From the human T2T-CHM13v2.0 reference genome, Homo sapiens: DNA of 64,000 nt. This document shows positions 1 through 22,288 of this stretch, one piece after another (position 1 is the stretch's first letter; each line of letters starts with the position of its first letter). Made by a program: the position numbers and the translations under genes. The notes beneath the pieces are model-generated. The model was not told the DNA's origin and searched no databases. It worked only from the letters and a program-made list of their open reading frames with translations. The stretch lies in assembly GCF_009914755.1 (NCBI RefSeq), contig NC_060947.1; one strand, given 5' to 3'.

Positions 1-1556
1 CTTTTCTCTTTGGAGAAAACTCAGTCTTTTCTTTATCCACAAAAATGACAGTTCGGTTCCTCACACAAATGCTCAGACAAGTGAATCAATATTAATTTCA
101 GGAGAGAAGGCAATGGAGAAGACTCCTTAGAATGCACCGTTATATTAAAATTGGGATCCTAAACAACAACTTCCTAGGAGGAAAAGAAAAGGAAAAAAAC
201 CAGCTAAGACTACTTCCTGTAAATTGTCCTCAGCCACCCCTAACTTTGTAGCAATTTTCTGCCATTACACATGCCAAGGACAAATCCTCTCACAGTACAA
301 GGTAATATCTGGTACCCCCAAAAGCCAAAGATGTCAGGTAACACAATACAGGAAAGCAGCCGTTTAGCTCTAAGAAGAATCTGCCCATGACTCTTGAAAC
401 TCCACAGAGAAAACAAAGCACCCCAAAAAGAGGTGACTGACACCTTTGTTCCTAGTTCTTTAAGAGGTTCAATTCAGTAGAAGCCTTCTCTAGAATTTTC
501 TTGGTACCAAAGATGGCAAAAGAGAAAGGAGAAATAAGGTGGAACCAAAGAAAACAAACAAAAATCTTTAAGACAGGAAGCAAACACAGAAAGTACATGA
601 TTTTGTTTTGTGTTGTTTTGTTTCTTTTGCAGCTGTGAGAAATTTTAGCCAAATTCAGAGGCTTGTACCGCATAATTTGGAATCCTCATTCAGATTTGAC
701 CAAGTCAGGTAGAGTTGGTGAAATCTGATGGAAGAAAGACCAGAATAAACAATGACAAAATAATGCAAAAATATGATTACTGAGTGTTCCAATAATAAGG
801 AGAAATTAAGACAAGCTGGTTGTTAATCGTAACTTTAGCCAAGACAAAACCCTAATTCAGCTACTTACCTAGGAATGGGTCTAGACTGAAGACTGTTCTC
901 TACCATTTTCAAAGCAGGAAAAAACTCAAGCTTACCTTCCTTATTGGAAGCAAACTCAAACCCCAGAAAGGAGTTACTTGTCTTCTATGTCATAAAAGCA
1001 GAAAAACTTCCCTTTCTTGTTGAAAGCAAGTAAAACTCCAGAAAATGAGTTGCACAGCAAAATAAACTTTGGATCTGAACCAAATTTTGGAAGATCAGGG
1101 ATTCCCTGGAGGAAGCAAAGCTCCCAGGCCTCAGCAAATTGTTCTATTGGTTTGAGCCATAAAGATAGCTCAAGCTGGTACCAAGCACTGATAGGGAATT
1201 TGTTAAAGGTCAGGGCCGGCCAGGCACAGTGGCTCTCGCCTGTAATCCCAGCACTTTGGGAGGCCAAGGTGGGCAGATCACGAGGTCAGGAGATCGAGAC
1301 CATCCTGGCTAACATGGTGAAACCCTGTCTCTTCTGAAAATACAAAAAATTAGCCAGGCATGGCGGGGTCACCTGTAGTCCCAGCTACTCAAGAGGCAGA
1401 GGCAGGAGAATGATGTGAACCCAAGAGGCAGCGCTTGCAGTGAGCCAAGTTCACGCCACTGCACTCCAGCCTAGGTGACAGAGCGAGACTCCATCTCAAA
1501 AAAAAAAAAAAGGTCAGGGTGATCTCCACTCAGTGTCCTTCCATTGGTCACCAATT
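1..1556 (-). mobile_element. ERV1 (MER4-group) internal/leader region, interrupted by an AluY
   Basis: On the minus strand it directly follows the 1557-2129 LTR, starting aa-tTGGTGACCAATGGAAGGAC (PBS position). Non-coding, ERV-leader-like sequence. Confidence 0.6.
1218..1511 (+). mobile_element. AluY-like SINE with TSD aaaggtcaggg
   Basis: ggccaggcacagtggctc...gagatcgagaccatcctggctaac...gcttgcagtgagc...A tail. aaaggtcaggg occurs at 1205-1215 and again after the tail. Confidence 0.95.
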
Positions 1557-2129
1557 TGTGAACCTAAAATATCTGAGGCAGATCTCAGTCAATTTAGAAA
1601 GTTTATTGTGCCAAGGTTAAGAATGCACCCATGACACAGCCTCAGGAGGTCCTGATGACATGTGCCCAAGGTGGTCAGGGTACAGCTTGCTTTTATACAT
1701 TTTAGGGAGACAATACATGTAAGATTTACATTGGTTCAATCTGGAGAGGTAGGACAAGCTGAAGTGAGGAGTCGGGTGAGGGGGTGGGGATATCAGGTCA
1801 TATGTAGATTTAAACTTGTCCTGATTGGCAATTGGTTGAAAGAGTTATCAATAAAAATGAATGGGTTATGATAAAGGGTTGTAAAATACTAGGATTTGTC
1901 ATGGAGAAGAAGCCTCAAGTGGTAGGCTTTAGAGAGAATAGACTGTAAATGTTTCTTATCAGACTTAAGGTCTGTGTCGATGTTAATGCTGGAGGGGTAT
2001 TATGAGGTGTGTTTAACTCCCATTTCCTGTCATGGCCAGTTTTTCAGGATGAATTTTTGGGTGCCCTGGCTGAGGAGGGAGTCCATTCAGATGGTTGCAG
2101 AGGGCCTTCAATTTTATTTTTGGTTTACA
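1557..2129 (-). mobile_element. MER4-family LTR (5' LTR of the ERV to its left)
   Basis: TG...CA termini; minus strand begins TGTAAACCAAAAATAAAATT; contains the MER4-type gacacagcctcaggaggtcctgatgacatgtgcccaaggtgg motif. Confidence 0.8.
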
Positions 2130-2812
2130 GCCTGTATCTTTCTTTTCTTTTTGTGTTCCTGTTTCTATTGTGTCTTTGTCTGGTTTTGATATCAGGTCAA
2201 TATTGACCTCATAGAAGGAGTTTAGAAGTATTCCCTCTTCCTCAATTTTTTGGGAATAGTTTGGGTACAGTTGACATTAGTTCTTATTTAAATGTTTGGT
2301 AGAATTTAGCAGGGAAGCCATCAGGTCTGAGGTTTTTCTTTGATGGGAAACTTTTTATTATGGCTTCAATCTTGTTACTTGTCATTGGTGTATTTAGGTT
2401 TGGGATTTTTTTCATGGTTCAATCATGGTATATTATATGCTTATCCATTTGTTTTAGGTTTTTCTATTTATTGTTGTATACTTGCTCATAAAAACCTCTA
2501 ATAATCCTTTAAGTTTCTGCAAGTGCCAGTTTTAATTTCTCTCTTTTCATTTTATTTTCTTTTCTTTTAGTCTTCTCTCTTTTTTTCTTAGTCTGGTTAA
2601 AGGTTTGTCAATTTTGTCTTTTCAAAAACACTTTCCATTTTATTGATTTTTTGTATTTTTATTTATTTCAATTTCATTTATTTACACTCTAGTCTTTATT
2701 ATTCCTTTTCTTTTACTAATTTTAAGTTTGGTTTACTCTTGCTTTTCTAGTTCTTTATGATGTATTGTTAGGTTGTTTATTTGAAGATTTCATGCTTTTC
2801 TGATGTAGGCAT
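2130..2812 (-). mobile_element. Old L1 (L1M-type) ORF2 fragment
   Basis: Degenerate match to antisense L1 ORF2 (ggttttgatatcagg...tttggtagaatttagc...ccatcaggtctg). Confidence 0.75.
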
Positions 2813-3383
2813 TGCTGGGCAAGGTGCCACAGCCCTGGCATCAGGAAGTGGTTGACTTGTGTGTTGGTAAGAAGAATTTACCGATGACAGTATAGGTTTG
2901 AAAAAGGAAAGATTTATTGGAAAGAAAGAATGCTGCAGAAGAGAGCAGCTGGGTGCCTCAGCAAGAGAAGACTGAGCACACCATGGTGGATTTTCCTTAG
3001 GAGCATCTATGGACCTTACAGTGGGAGCTGAATGGTAATTTGCATCATAAATGATTACAGTTGTAGACATTTTGGTACCTTAATGTCAGCAAGGGTGTGC
3101 ACAATGAGTTTTGGCATGCATGCATTCCAGAGATGTATAGAAATTCTAGTTACTTATAAATTTTAAGTTGAAAGAGGCATAGGACCAGGTGCTAATTTTA
3201 GATAATGGGGAAGTCTAATTACTTATAAATTTTTCACATAAGAAGTTTTTGTCTCCAGATGGCCTGCTTGATAGTCACCTGGTAGTTTTTGCTGTCTTCA
3301 TTATGCTTCTAAATTCCTCAGATAAGGAGTTGTGTCTCTGGATGGCCTGCTTGATGGTCAGCAGGTGATTTTTGCTATCCTCA
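2813..3383 (-). mobile_element. ERV1 LTR in 3'-LTR position
   Basis: TG...CA ends; minus-strand AATAAA near 2912; preceded on the minus strand by a polypurine tract (GGGGGAAAA, 3384-3392). Contains an internal ~77-bp tandem duplication. Confidence 0.75.
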
Positions 3384-3681
3384 TTTTCCCCCAATAGGTA
3401 TCTTGGCAAAATTTTTGACCCTTTATATTCCCCCACGATCATGTTTACCTGCTACCTATTGTGGTCTCAAGAAGGGGAAAGCAGCACAGTGAAGAGGAGC
3501 ATCAAGTCTTTGTGACTACTTCCTGATGAAAGGGGGCATTGATAGAATAGGTTGTGTTTTTCCCTTTCTTGCTCTCTTTCATGAAAGGAATGAAGTGTCA
3601 TGAAAAACTCATTTATGGGTGGGAAGGCCAGATTCCATTAAGAGTCCCCATATAAATTGAAGTTGCAGTTGCAGGCCAGTA

Positions 3682-3819
3682 TTAGGATTGCATAATCATC
3701 TGTAGATGGAATTGTTGTAGGATGGAAGGTATAACCTTAATGAGAGAATTAAAAAGGCAGAGACCAAATATTAAAAGAAAAATGACAATGAATAAAGGCC
3801 CAAGGAATGCAAGAAGCCA
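3682..3819 (-). pseudogene. env: Gammaretroviral env TM membrane anchor and cytoplasmic tail remnant
   Basis: My translation: WLLAFLGPLFIVIFLLIFGLCLFNSLIKVIPSILQQFHLQMIMQS*. It matches the WLLPFLGPL...LFGPC.FN...LQM pattern and lies just upstream of the PPT/3' LTR. Confidence 0.75.
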
Positions 3820-5818
3820 GATGGTTTTGGAAACCAATCAGTAAAGGTTTTGACCCTGTCTTGGTTACTTTGGAAAAGTGTGTGTATCCATTTGGCCTGT
3901 TAGAAAGTGACCTTCCTCACTCACCACAGGTTAGGAACCCTGTACAGGGACTGTATAGACAAGATATTAGGCCAGTTTTCCCAAGGGGCTTTTATTGGCT
4001 AAGTCAAGCTTGATTCCTTAAGGGAAAGCACACTCTACCAGTCAAAGCCTTGGTAAAACAACCAGTTTCTCCAATTGTGTCTTGTTGGAAAAGAAAATAA
4101 ATTTTTACTGCACTTTTCAAATAACTATATTGCCATAAGTTGAGAACACTCACAAGTAGTTTTCAAATTCTGGAGAAAACAGGCATAGAGAAATGAATAT
4201 GCTCCAAATTTTGTTCATAGAAGTATACCTTACTCAATTTTTAAATGCTGTAAATAGATCAAAATAAGTTTTCCTGACTTTGAAAAACTGAAGGATTAGC
4301 AACATTTTAAAAAGGTTAGAAAAGATTACTTTAGCTTTCTACTAGTTCAGTGCATCCAGTTAACTCTTGTTCTGATTGATATTCATGAACATTTTAGTTC
4401 TTCATGAGTCTTGAATGTTTTCCTTTATTTCAATGTCACAATATGCAAAGTTATCAGAAACCTGCATTTAAGAGCACCCCTCAAAGCTCCATAACTGATT
4501 ATAAACCATCTTTTGAACAAGATCAAACAAGACAACAATCTTCTGTGAATGACAAAATGTTTTTGGGCAGTCACAGTTAAAAACACGATTGACAAAGGAA
4601 TTTGGTCATTTCTGTGGTTTACAATAACTTAACATAGTAACCCTAATTATGATTGATAGCATATACTCAGACATTAGGATTTTAGAAATCTCATAAAATT
4701 TTGGAGCATATATTAATTTTATTCACTAAAAAATAACCTAAAGAAAGTTAAACATTATTTTTATTTTGACAATGCCATTTAACTAAACATGTTAAAAGAT
4801 TAAAACCCTTGATATTGTGAAATTGAATTCCAGATTATCATAAGTCACTTATTTAGGAAAAATGATGGCTCAAAAAATTTCTTCAAACTTTACTTATTAA
4901 GAGGGAAGACTTGGCTTTCCAAACAACCTGTCTCTTGTCTTTCTCTTCCTTTTTTGGTAGTTTATTTGCAAGGCAAACAAAAATCATTCATTATCCTTTA
5001 ATATTACATGAAAATCTTGCAAAAATCTTTTTACAGGAAATCTTTCTCAAAAGAGAGAAAGCCAAATTTCACCCTTACATTATTCTACTATTAATGTCAA
5101 CCCCAATTTTTTAATGAAATCTCACAGTCAATTCAATCCAATCTTAACCAGTTTGACCATGAGGTGAGATTCTTATAAACTTTTATAATCCTTTACAACT
5201 TTTTGTTAAAAAGCAGATCAGTGCCTTAAAAAAACTTTGTTGTGTTTTTATTACAGTGCTCAATTTATGGAAAAACCAAGTAGTATTCTTTTGAATTTAC
5301 TCAATATGTTCACACGCACAATTTTTTTTACAAGATTAATTTTTACAAACCTTCCACAATTTGTTCAAACCTTTAGCTTTATCTTATTTAATTTAAAACC
5401 ATCTTATAACCCTCCAAACTAAGCAACAATTTACATTGCCCTGCCTTCTTATAATATACTAAAAACACATTTTACTTTCCTTAAACACCTTGCCTGAAAC
5501 TCCAATTTCAGTACTCTCAATTACATGTTACAACGGTAACTCTTAGCAATTTTTCATTTTGGTGTAAAACCTGGTAAGATATTGTAATTATGTACTAGAT
5601 GTAGATAGGATCTGACTCTTCCCAGCATAGTTAGTGTTGTGGTTACCTCTATATGCCCCCAGTCCTTACCAAATTGTTAAGCAGGCAAGTCTAACAGTTT
5701 TCAAAAGTCAAATAAGGAGTTTACAACCTTAAAACATATAGTAAACTTAGTTTTGAACCTGCATAATTTAGATGAGGTATTTACATTTTGAAGATAATTG
5801 AATTTTACCAATATCTTT

Positions 5819-12226
<6,408 letters not shown>

Positions 12227-13181
12227 CCAATAATCTTTAAAACTGCTTTTGTTTCTCAGAGATTAAAGTTATGTGAACTAAAAGGTACTGCAGCTTCTGT
12301 TTTTCCTTTAAAAATATTTGATCTAATCACTTATTTTTCTCTAAGCCAATTAATTAGAGCTTTTTTATATAAACATTACATACATAACAAATATACAACT
12401 ACAGAGACAGACAGCAGAAGATCTAGTAGTTATGAGATTTTTCATTTGCCAATCTCTTAATTGGATTACTGGCCTCAGGGTGGAGACCTTCAAGAAACAG
12501 GGCTAGGAAAACATCCGGTTTCCAGAGCCTAATAAGCAGGTTTAGCTGGAAAACAAAAACTATTTTTGAGAGGGATCTATCCACTTTTAATTCTTAGTAT
12601 TCCATGAGTAAAACAGAGGGTTTTTTTTTTTCCAAAATGGGGCCTATGACACCTTCTGTTTTTCTCAAGCAGCCCCGGGCCATCAGAAGTTATCTCATGT
12701 GTGCATTAAGAGTGGCAAGACAAAATGGCAAAAAATAATTCAGTCGACTGAGAAGAAAAAAACTTTTCCAAGCAAAAAATATCCAAGAAGATAAAAGACA
12801 TAAAGCCCTTTTAAATATACCTATAGCTCAGATATACCTTTTAATTAAGCTGACTTTTAACCATAGTGCTCTTAAAAACATCCTTTTAAATTCCTTATTA
12901 CCCAACTTTAGCCATGTCAAGGGGCCCATATTTCTGGCTTTTGAACTTTACCAAAAGTAACCATACAGGTGAAACCAATAAGTCTCAACTAGGGTTATAA
13001 ATTAACCATGACTGTACAAGGTATTTGCAAAGAGGTGGTAAGCAGTTTTTACAAAATCTAGAATCTTTAAAGATAGCTCAAAGAAAGGAAGATTTTAAAA
13101 AGGAAGCCAAAAGCTGTTTATGGAGGGGAAAAAATCAGCAAATGGCAAAAGTCACACAGTTTTTAACCAGAAAGTACTCAT

Positions 13182-13253
13182 TTCCTAAGCCAGGATTGAA
13201 CCTGGGCCACCTTTGTAAAGTGACAGAGACCAAAAGAAAGCACTACCATGTGG
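13182..13253 (-). pseudogene. Degenerate tRNA-Glu-like relic within the ERV interior
   Basis: Minus strand reads ccacatggtagtg...ggtggcccaggttcaatcctggcttaggaa, versus tRNA-Glu TCCCACATGGTCTAGCGG...GGCGGCCCGGGTTCGAYTCCCGG...GGGAA. Length ~72 nt. Confidence 0.45.
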
Positions 13254-13774
13254 TGACAAGGTCAAGCTCCCAAGGACATACAAGAGGGAAACCTCTTCCA
13301 GTTTTTTGTTTCAGAGACCTTCAGCAAAGTTTGTTACTGACCAGTTTGCTAGTGGGCTTATGGGGTCCTAAGCCTGTGTTCTATCCTAAGGTATTTCTCC
13401 TTGTAAGAGAATCATACAGAAAGACACACAAAGGACACCAGATTGGCTATAGCTTATGACTAGCCTCATAAATCCTTTTATACCATTAATCAAACTTTGT
13501 AATAGATATAAGCAGTGATTTATACCATTCATTCAATAGGCTTGCGCAGAGAGAGGCCAGAAGCCTGACTGGTAAAAATGTTTACACATTTGCTGCTATG
13601 TCAGGCTTCTGTGTTCCCTTCCCCTGAGCTATGGAGTCCTATTGACCCTGGAGTCCTGTGAAGTGGGAGCAGACGAAGAGGTTATCAGCATACCTTCCTC
13701 AGCAGATTGCTCGGGTAGAATTGTAATTTCTTCCCAATTCAATTTTAAGCCAAGCATTTTAAGGTTTGGGAAAA

Positions 13775-13844
13775 TTAAACTTTCCCAGTTTGGGGGGATG
13801 CATTCGAGGGGAGTGTCCTGCGGTATGGAGGCTCAATTACCCAT
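13775..13844 (-). pseudogene. gag: ERV gag (MA) N-terminal remnant
   Basis: Minus-strand translation MGN*ASIPQDTPLECIPPNWESL resembles gamma-type MGN..SIP.DSPL.CIL.NW. Confidence 0.6.
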
Positions 13845-14328
13845 CCACGAAGATAGGACAGAGGGAGGAAAAAACAGGAAAAACAACGTGCTTTTTTTTT
13901 TTCCCCCAAAGGTGTCCTGGTGATTCAGAATGCATTTGAGAGAAGTACAGACTGAAGATGGCTGGTTACCCATCTGGAAAGAGGGGAAAAAAAGATGTCC
14001 CTTAGTTCCTTTCCCTTCCCAGAAAATACACAGGGTGTAGAAGGGAGAGGAAAAAGGCCTTCCTTTTTTCTTCTGTCCTTATATCTCTGAGTCCCAGCGA
14101 CCTTGGCAGGTGCCGACGATGGGTGACAATGCAGCCTTCGCCCATGTAACACAGAGGTGTATAAGTCAGAAATATCTGCACTCTCTTACACATTGGCCTA
14201 TCCTCTCTTCTACAAGTAACTTTTGAGTTTCCTAGACTTCATCTATGCCATGAATATGATCGTGGCCTTCCTCCATGAAGTGGGAACCCAATCAGCAGAA
14301 ATTAGTCTTGTTCATTCCCTGTACCACC

Positions 14329-14694
14329 TAATATGGTTTGGCTGTGTCCCCACCTAAATCTCATCTTGAATTGTAGCTCCCCAAATCCTCACGTGTTGTG
14401 GGAGGGACCTGGTCAGAGGTAATTGAATCATGGGTGCAAGTTTTTCCCATGCTGTTCTTGTGATAGTAAATAAGTCTCATGAGAACTGATGGCTTTATAA
14501 AAGGGCAGTTCCACTGCACATGCTCTCTTGCCTGCCACCACGCAAGACGTGTCTTTGCTTCTCCTTCACCTTCTACCATGATTGTGAGGCCTCCTTATCC
14601 ATGTGGAACTGTGAGTCCACTGAACATCTTTTTCTTTATTAATTACCCAGTCTTGGGTGTGTCTTTATTAGCAGCGTGATAACAAACTAATAAA
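14329..14694 (+). mobile_element. THE1 (MaLR) solo LTR, THE1B/C-like
   Basis: atatggtttggctgtgtccccac...ccatgattgtgaggcctcc...aattacccagtc...actaata. Confidence 0.9.
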
Positions 14695-15417
14695 TACTCA
14701 CTGCGCCATTTGACTTCCGTTGTTGCCTGCCTTTGGATCCCTCAGATCTAGTTTTCCTTACTAAGGCTTAAACATGAAGCTTGGAATTGAGTTTGGGATA
14801 AAAAGGTGCCTCCGGAGGGTGCATGGATTCATTTAAATTAAGTCCCAAGTTGCCCTCACCAGATTTGCAGCCAGCAGCCAGCAGCCAGCAGGGCTTCTCC
14901 TCCATTGCTTCCTTTTCATAATAAGAGTGCTAAGGTGAAGCTGTGGAGCCAGACCCTCCTCAAACTAGAGAGAGAAGGGAAGTCCTGTAAATTTGGGACC
15001 TGGTCTAGTAAGGTGCCTCCCAAAGAGAAAAAAAGAAACTTCATTAAAAAGCTCCCTGTATTTACAAGGCTATATGAACTCCTGACATGGTGGAGAAAAG
15101 AGAAGAAAACAGCATAGGTGCAGAGGAGGGGGAGCCACCTCAGGGAAAAAGCCACTTGCTCTATGCAAATGGTTTCCTTTAACAGGGTAAAAAAGCCTTG
15201 AAATCACTACATCCTCCCCAGTTCTAAGAATAGACAGAAACCACATTGCTCTGAATTACATTTCTGAGGACTGGGAAAGTGCCCATTCTACCCAGTAATA
15301 TTTCTGTAGTTTGCAACAACACCCTTAATATTGTATATAAAGAACAGATACGTGCCATAAAAGAAAGAATAAAAATGCCATTAAAAAATACGGGATTGGA
15401 ACAAAGCTGACATTTTC

Positions 15418-18363
<2,946 letters not shown>

Positions 18364-18435
18364 TCAGAAAAAGTCTGAGGATAAGAAGGCTTGGAAACAA
18401 AAGTAAAAGAGGTTTTAAGTCCACACTCACTGATG

Positions 18436-18454
18436 AATCCTGGACAGGCACATA
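18436..18454 (-). promoter_or_regulatory. Degenerate tRNA-Pro primer-binding site
   Basis: Minus strand tatgtgcctgtccaggatt versus PBS-Pro tgggggctcgtccgggatt (13/19), immediately after the LTR end. Confidence 0.55.
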
Positions 18455-18456
18455 GA

Positions 18457-19161
18457 TGTGACACAGGATTTTTCTTGGTCACCCTGCCAGCTGGTGACCT
18501 CTGGTTGGTGACATCTCTGCCTGAGCCTTGCTTGGGCACACTACATGCTGCAGAAGATGGCCCACCCACTCAGCCCAGCTGGGTCATGCCTGGCTTGCAT
18601 GCCAGCTCAGCCCACAGCTTGGCATGCCCCAGCCCACCTGTGTTATAGCTCACACCCACGTTTCATGGTTTCCGAGTTCTTGTCCCACTCCCTAGAAGAA
18701 TGATGATACACTGACAATTGAAGGGTAAGAAGGGCAGAGACGAATTTCATTGAGTGACAGAACAGCTCTCAGCAGCGAAGAGATGCCGGGGAGGACCCCA
18801 CCCAAAGTTGGGTAGTTTCTCTCCCAGTGTGGCTAGGTCTGGGGATTTTATGGGTTGAGATTAGGGGAGTGTGTGCTGACAGGTTTGTGAGTAAGTAAAA
18901 AAAGTTAAAACAAAGGCACCACCGAAAAGTGTGCAGGGCAGTGTAAAAAAATTGGGGAAAGATAGGTGTATATAAAATAGGTAAATCGTGGAGATCAGTT
19001 AGAGGAAAGTGTGCCAAATGAAAAGAGAAGTTCTCTATCTGGTCCATAAATTTACCTGGGGCTTGTAGCTGTGCTTTAAATTGTCTTCAACTTGAAGGTG
19101 GTCTTTCACTGAGGACCTGCCCCTGTCTGTCTGGGCATTTGTCTTCCTCCTGCTGCTCTCA
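18457..19161 (-). mobile_element. ERV1 LTR (MER61/MER52/LTR1-group-like) in 5'-LTR position
   Basis: Minus strand starts TGAGAGCAGCAGGAGG and ends aaaaatcctgtgtcaca; followed by the PBS. Confidence 0.75.
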
Positions 19162-19289
19162 TTTAAAGATCGTTTTGCTCTCTGAGTTTAAATATGCTGA
19201 TCCCAAATCTACCCAATTTTACTTCTACATTGGAAGCAGCACAGTGATGCAGCTTCAGGAAAGAAGAGTGACAATGATAAAATTTCTCA

Positions 19290-19480
19290 GCTCAGAGAGC
19301 ATAGTGGTTAAGAAGGCAGGTTAGGGAGGTAGACAATTTGAGTTCAAAGTTTATCTTGGCCCTTGCCTAGCTATATGATTTTGGGTAAAGTACTTAACCT
19401 TCCTGAACAACATTTTTTTTTTCATTTGTGAAATGAATGTGGATAATAGCTCCTAAACCCTAGGATTGTTGAGAAAATAA
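19290..19480 (+). mobile_element. MIR SINE
   Basis: gcatagtggttaag...ttgggtaaagtacttaaccttcctga...catttgtgaaatg...ggattgttgag core. Confidence 0.75.
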
Positions 19481-19649
19481 AATAATAAAGCAACAAAAAG
19501 AAATGCAAAAAAAAACCTTTGTAAACTGAAGAGTTTTATAGAAAGATAAAAATTTATTATTGTCATCATCGCCATCAATCTAATGATACTTCATTATAAA
19601 GTTGTAGTATAATCATATCTTGAGAGGTTGTATTGAGAGGCATATATTT

Positions 19650-19860
19650 AGTGGAATCAAGTTTCTGGTTTTGAATTCTGAACAGTTTATGTGTTGTGAG
19701 TGCTTGGACCTCTCTGTGGCTCAGTTTCATTATCAGTATAATCTGGATACTAGTAGTATCTACATCATACTGTATTGTGATGATTACATGAGATAATCTA
19801 TGTAAGGTACCTAGTATAGTATCTGGCACATAGAAAAAATTTAATGAAAGTTAATTACTC
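19650..19860 (+). mobile_element. MIR SINE
   Basis: ctcagtttcattatcagtataa...attacatgagataatctatgtaag...tctggcacatag. Confidence 0.7.
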
Positions 19861-21279
19861 TCATTGTTGTTCTAATAATTGCCAATTCTCCTGAGTCCAA
19901 GCTAGAATAGTCATCTCTTGATCATGGGATACAGAAAGACCAGAAAAGCCCTGCCTTTATTCCTGGGAAAAGCCCCTATGAACTTCAATTTTATTATTGT
20001 TAGGGACCAGAAGTTAATCTCTGCTGAACCACCATGTGTCTACACCAGTGAGGTTAATTATGTAATACAGCTCTCTTTTGCCCACCTCTCAGGGGTCAAT
20101 GTCAATTAGTTCCATTGTTTGAAGTTGTCCTGCCATCATGTCTTGAGAAAAAGGGAGGTGTAGGAGCAGTGGAAAGCTCTTTTATTTTTGAATGTGTGAG
20201 ATCAGCTTCATGATTGCCAACTAAGCCTTGCTGGGGCTGATCTTACCTAGGCTGCTTATCTGCTGGTAACAATAACTTCTATAGGAATTTGCTATTTTTT
20301 AAATTTAAACATTTGTTAATATCTTTAAAGAGTTGTAATGCTATTTAGAAGGGACATGTCCCCTTGCAGGTCTTGGACACACTGAATTTAAATCCTGATG
20401 GACTGAATCATTTTATGAGTTATAGTTTTACCTTTCTGAATAGAAAATGCCAAGTAATAATCCTAATGACTGGTAGTAAAAACGTCATTATTTTTCACTA
20501 AGGAAGAAAACTTTTATTTAGATATTGGTCTTCATTCTGAGAGAACTTCCCACGCTATTGCTGACCATTTCTTCCCTCTGAAATGCTTAAACCCCACAGC
20601 TGAAGCTAGCAAGGAAACCTAAGCTTACAGTATGTGTGCACGGGTAGAACCAGTATTGGGGAATGAATGAGTGCCCACATGCATGTACTGAGTCAATGAA
20701 TCCTGATTATCAGCTCAGCTCTTTTGTTCCCACTCCAATGTTTGCAGCATTAAATGTGTACTTATGTGTGTGTTTCCAATTGTTTACACAAAAAAGCGGA
20801 GACATTATGCACAAGCCTGTATTGCCTTAGGAATGTATCTGTGCATTATCTTGTTGTCCTGTAGTCCCTGAACACATGAAGCACACATCTGTATGAATTT
20901 CTATGGACACTCAAAAGCCTCTTTAGTTGTTTCTAATTGGCCAATGAAATGACAACTAATTGAGATCAGGAATATTAGCATATTCCTGATTTCTGCCTAG
21001 CATTGAGGCTATTAACAGGCATAATTTGAGGGGTTCCCACCAAATTCCAGCAAGCTCAGTGCTGCATGTTGAGTTTAGCTCAAATTAGTTCTTTAAATTG
21101 TTTGAACAATTTGTAGAGTGAGTGTTACAATCCTTGATTTAAATTCCTGTTTAAAGACCTTTATCATTATAAATGACCAGAAATTATTACCTTAGATGAG
21201 AATTGCAATAGTCAATATGTGAAACAGATTTACCATGGCTGAAATACAGCAATACCTATTAAGTAGAAAATATTTCAAA

Positions 21280-21370
21280 TGTTTTACTCCCAGATCTGCT
21301 TTTGTCAAGTAATGTAACCCTGGGGAAGTCATTCCTGTTCACTGGGTCTGCCTCCTTATCTGTAAAATAA
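21280..21370 (+). mobile_element. MIR fragment
   Basis: tgtaaccctggggaagtca...ctccttatctgtaaaat. Confidence 0.5.
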
Positions 21371-21965
21371 TGTAGCAATTTTCTATTGCTGCCATAGAAA
21401 ATTACCGCAAATTTATTGGCTTAAAGTAACAATTTTGGAGGTCAGAAGTCCAGCACAGGTCTCATTAGGTTAATATCAAGTTGTTTGCAAGAGTGTTTTC
21501 TTTTCTGGAAGCTCTGGAAGAGAATCTGTTACTTTGCTCATCTAGGATTTTAAAGAATCTAATTCATGTGGTTGTATAACTGAAGTTTCTGTTTCCTTGC
21601 TGGCTGTCAGCCGAGGGCTTTTCCCAATTACTAGATGTCACCTATATTCCTTGGATTGTGCCCCTCTTCTCAATCTTCAAAACTAACAAATCCAAGTTAA
21701 GTCTCTTTCATGCTTCCAATCTTCCTTACATCTTCTTCAGTACCATCTCTCTGACTTCAGCTAAGAAAGCTTCTCTTGGTATATATGATTAGATTGAACT
21801 CACAGGGATAATCCAGGACAATCTTTCCATTTCAAAACACATAACTTTAACATGCCTGCAAAGTCTCTTTTGCCATGTAAGGTAGCATGTTTATAGGTTC
21901 CAGGGATTAGGGTGTGGACATCTTCAGGTGTCATGGGAGGGAGAGTCATTATTTTGCCTACCACA
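21371..21965 (-). mobile_element. MLT1 (MaLR) LTR, MLT1D-like
   Basis: ggaggtcagaagtcc...tttgccatgtaagg...ggattagggtgtggacatctt...gcctaccaca. Confidence 0.75.
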
Positions 21966-22288
21966 GATGAGAAAACTAGATTATTTAGATCAGCATTTTT
22001 GAAATAAATTCGGTATAACACAAGTTTAGTGGACTGTGATAGGGTTAAGGGCTGGAAAGTAGTAGACACATGCATCAAAACAAACAAAGCTAAGTATGAC
22101 TGGACACTAGGTTGGTATTAAACAAAGAATGTTACATAGATAACAAAGTAAAGTACAAGCAGGTGATGTGTAGTAGTTGAAAAGATTATTCTAAAACACT
22201 AGATGTCCATTTGTTCCATAAGAGTTTAGAGGTAGTTTGGCATATAGGGATGTGGAGGAGTGGTGTGGATAGCCACAATAGTTCTTTT

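Noticed and set aside
14865-14890. (cagcagc)x3 tandem, and the ttatagagt repeats at 37295-37320
   Set aside because: Trivial slippage repeats with no spacer structure; not CRISPR-like.
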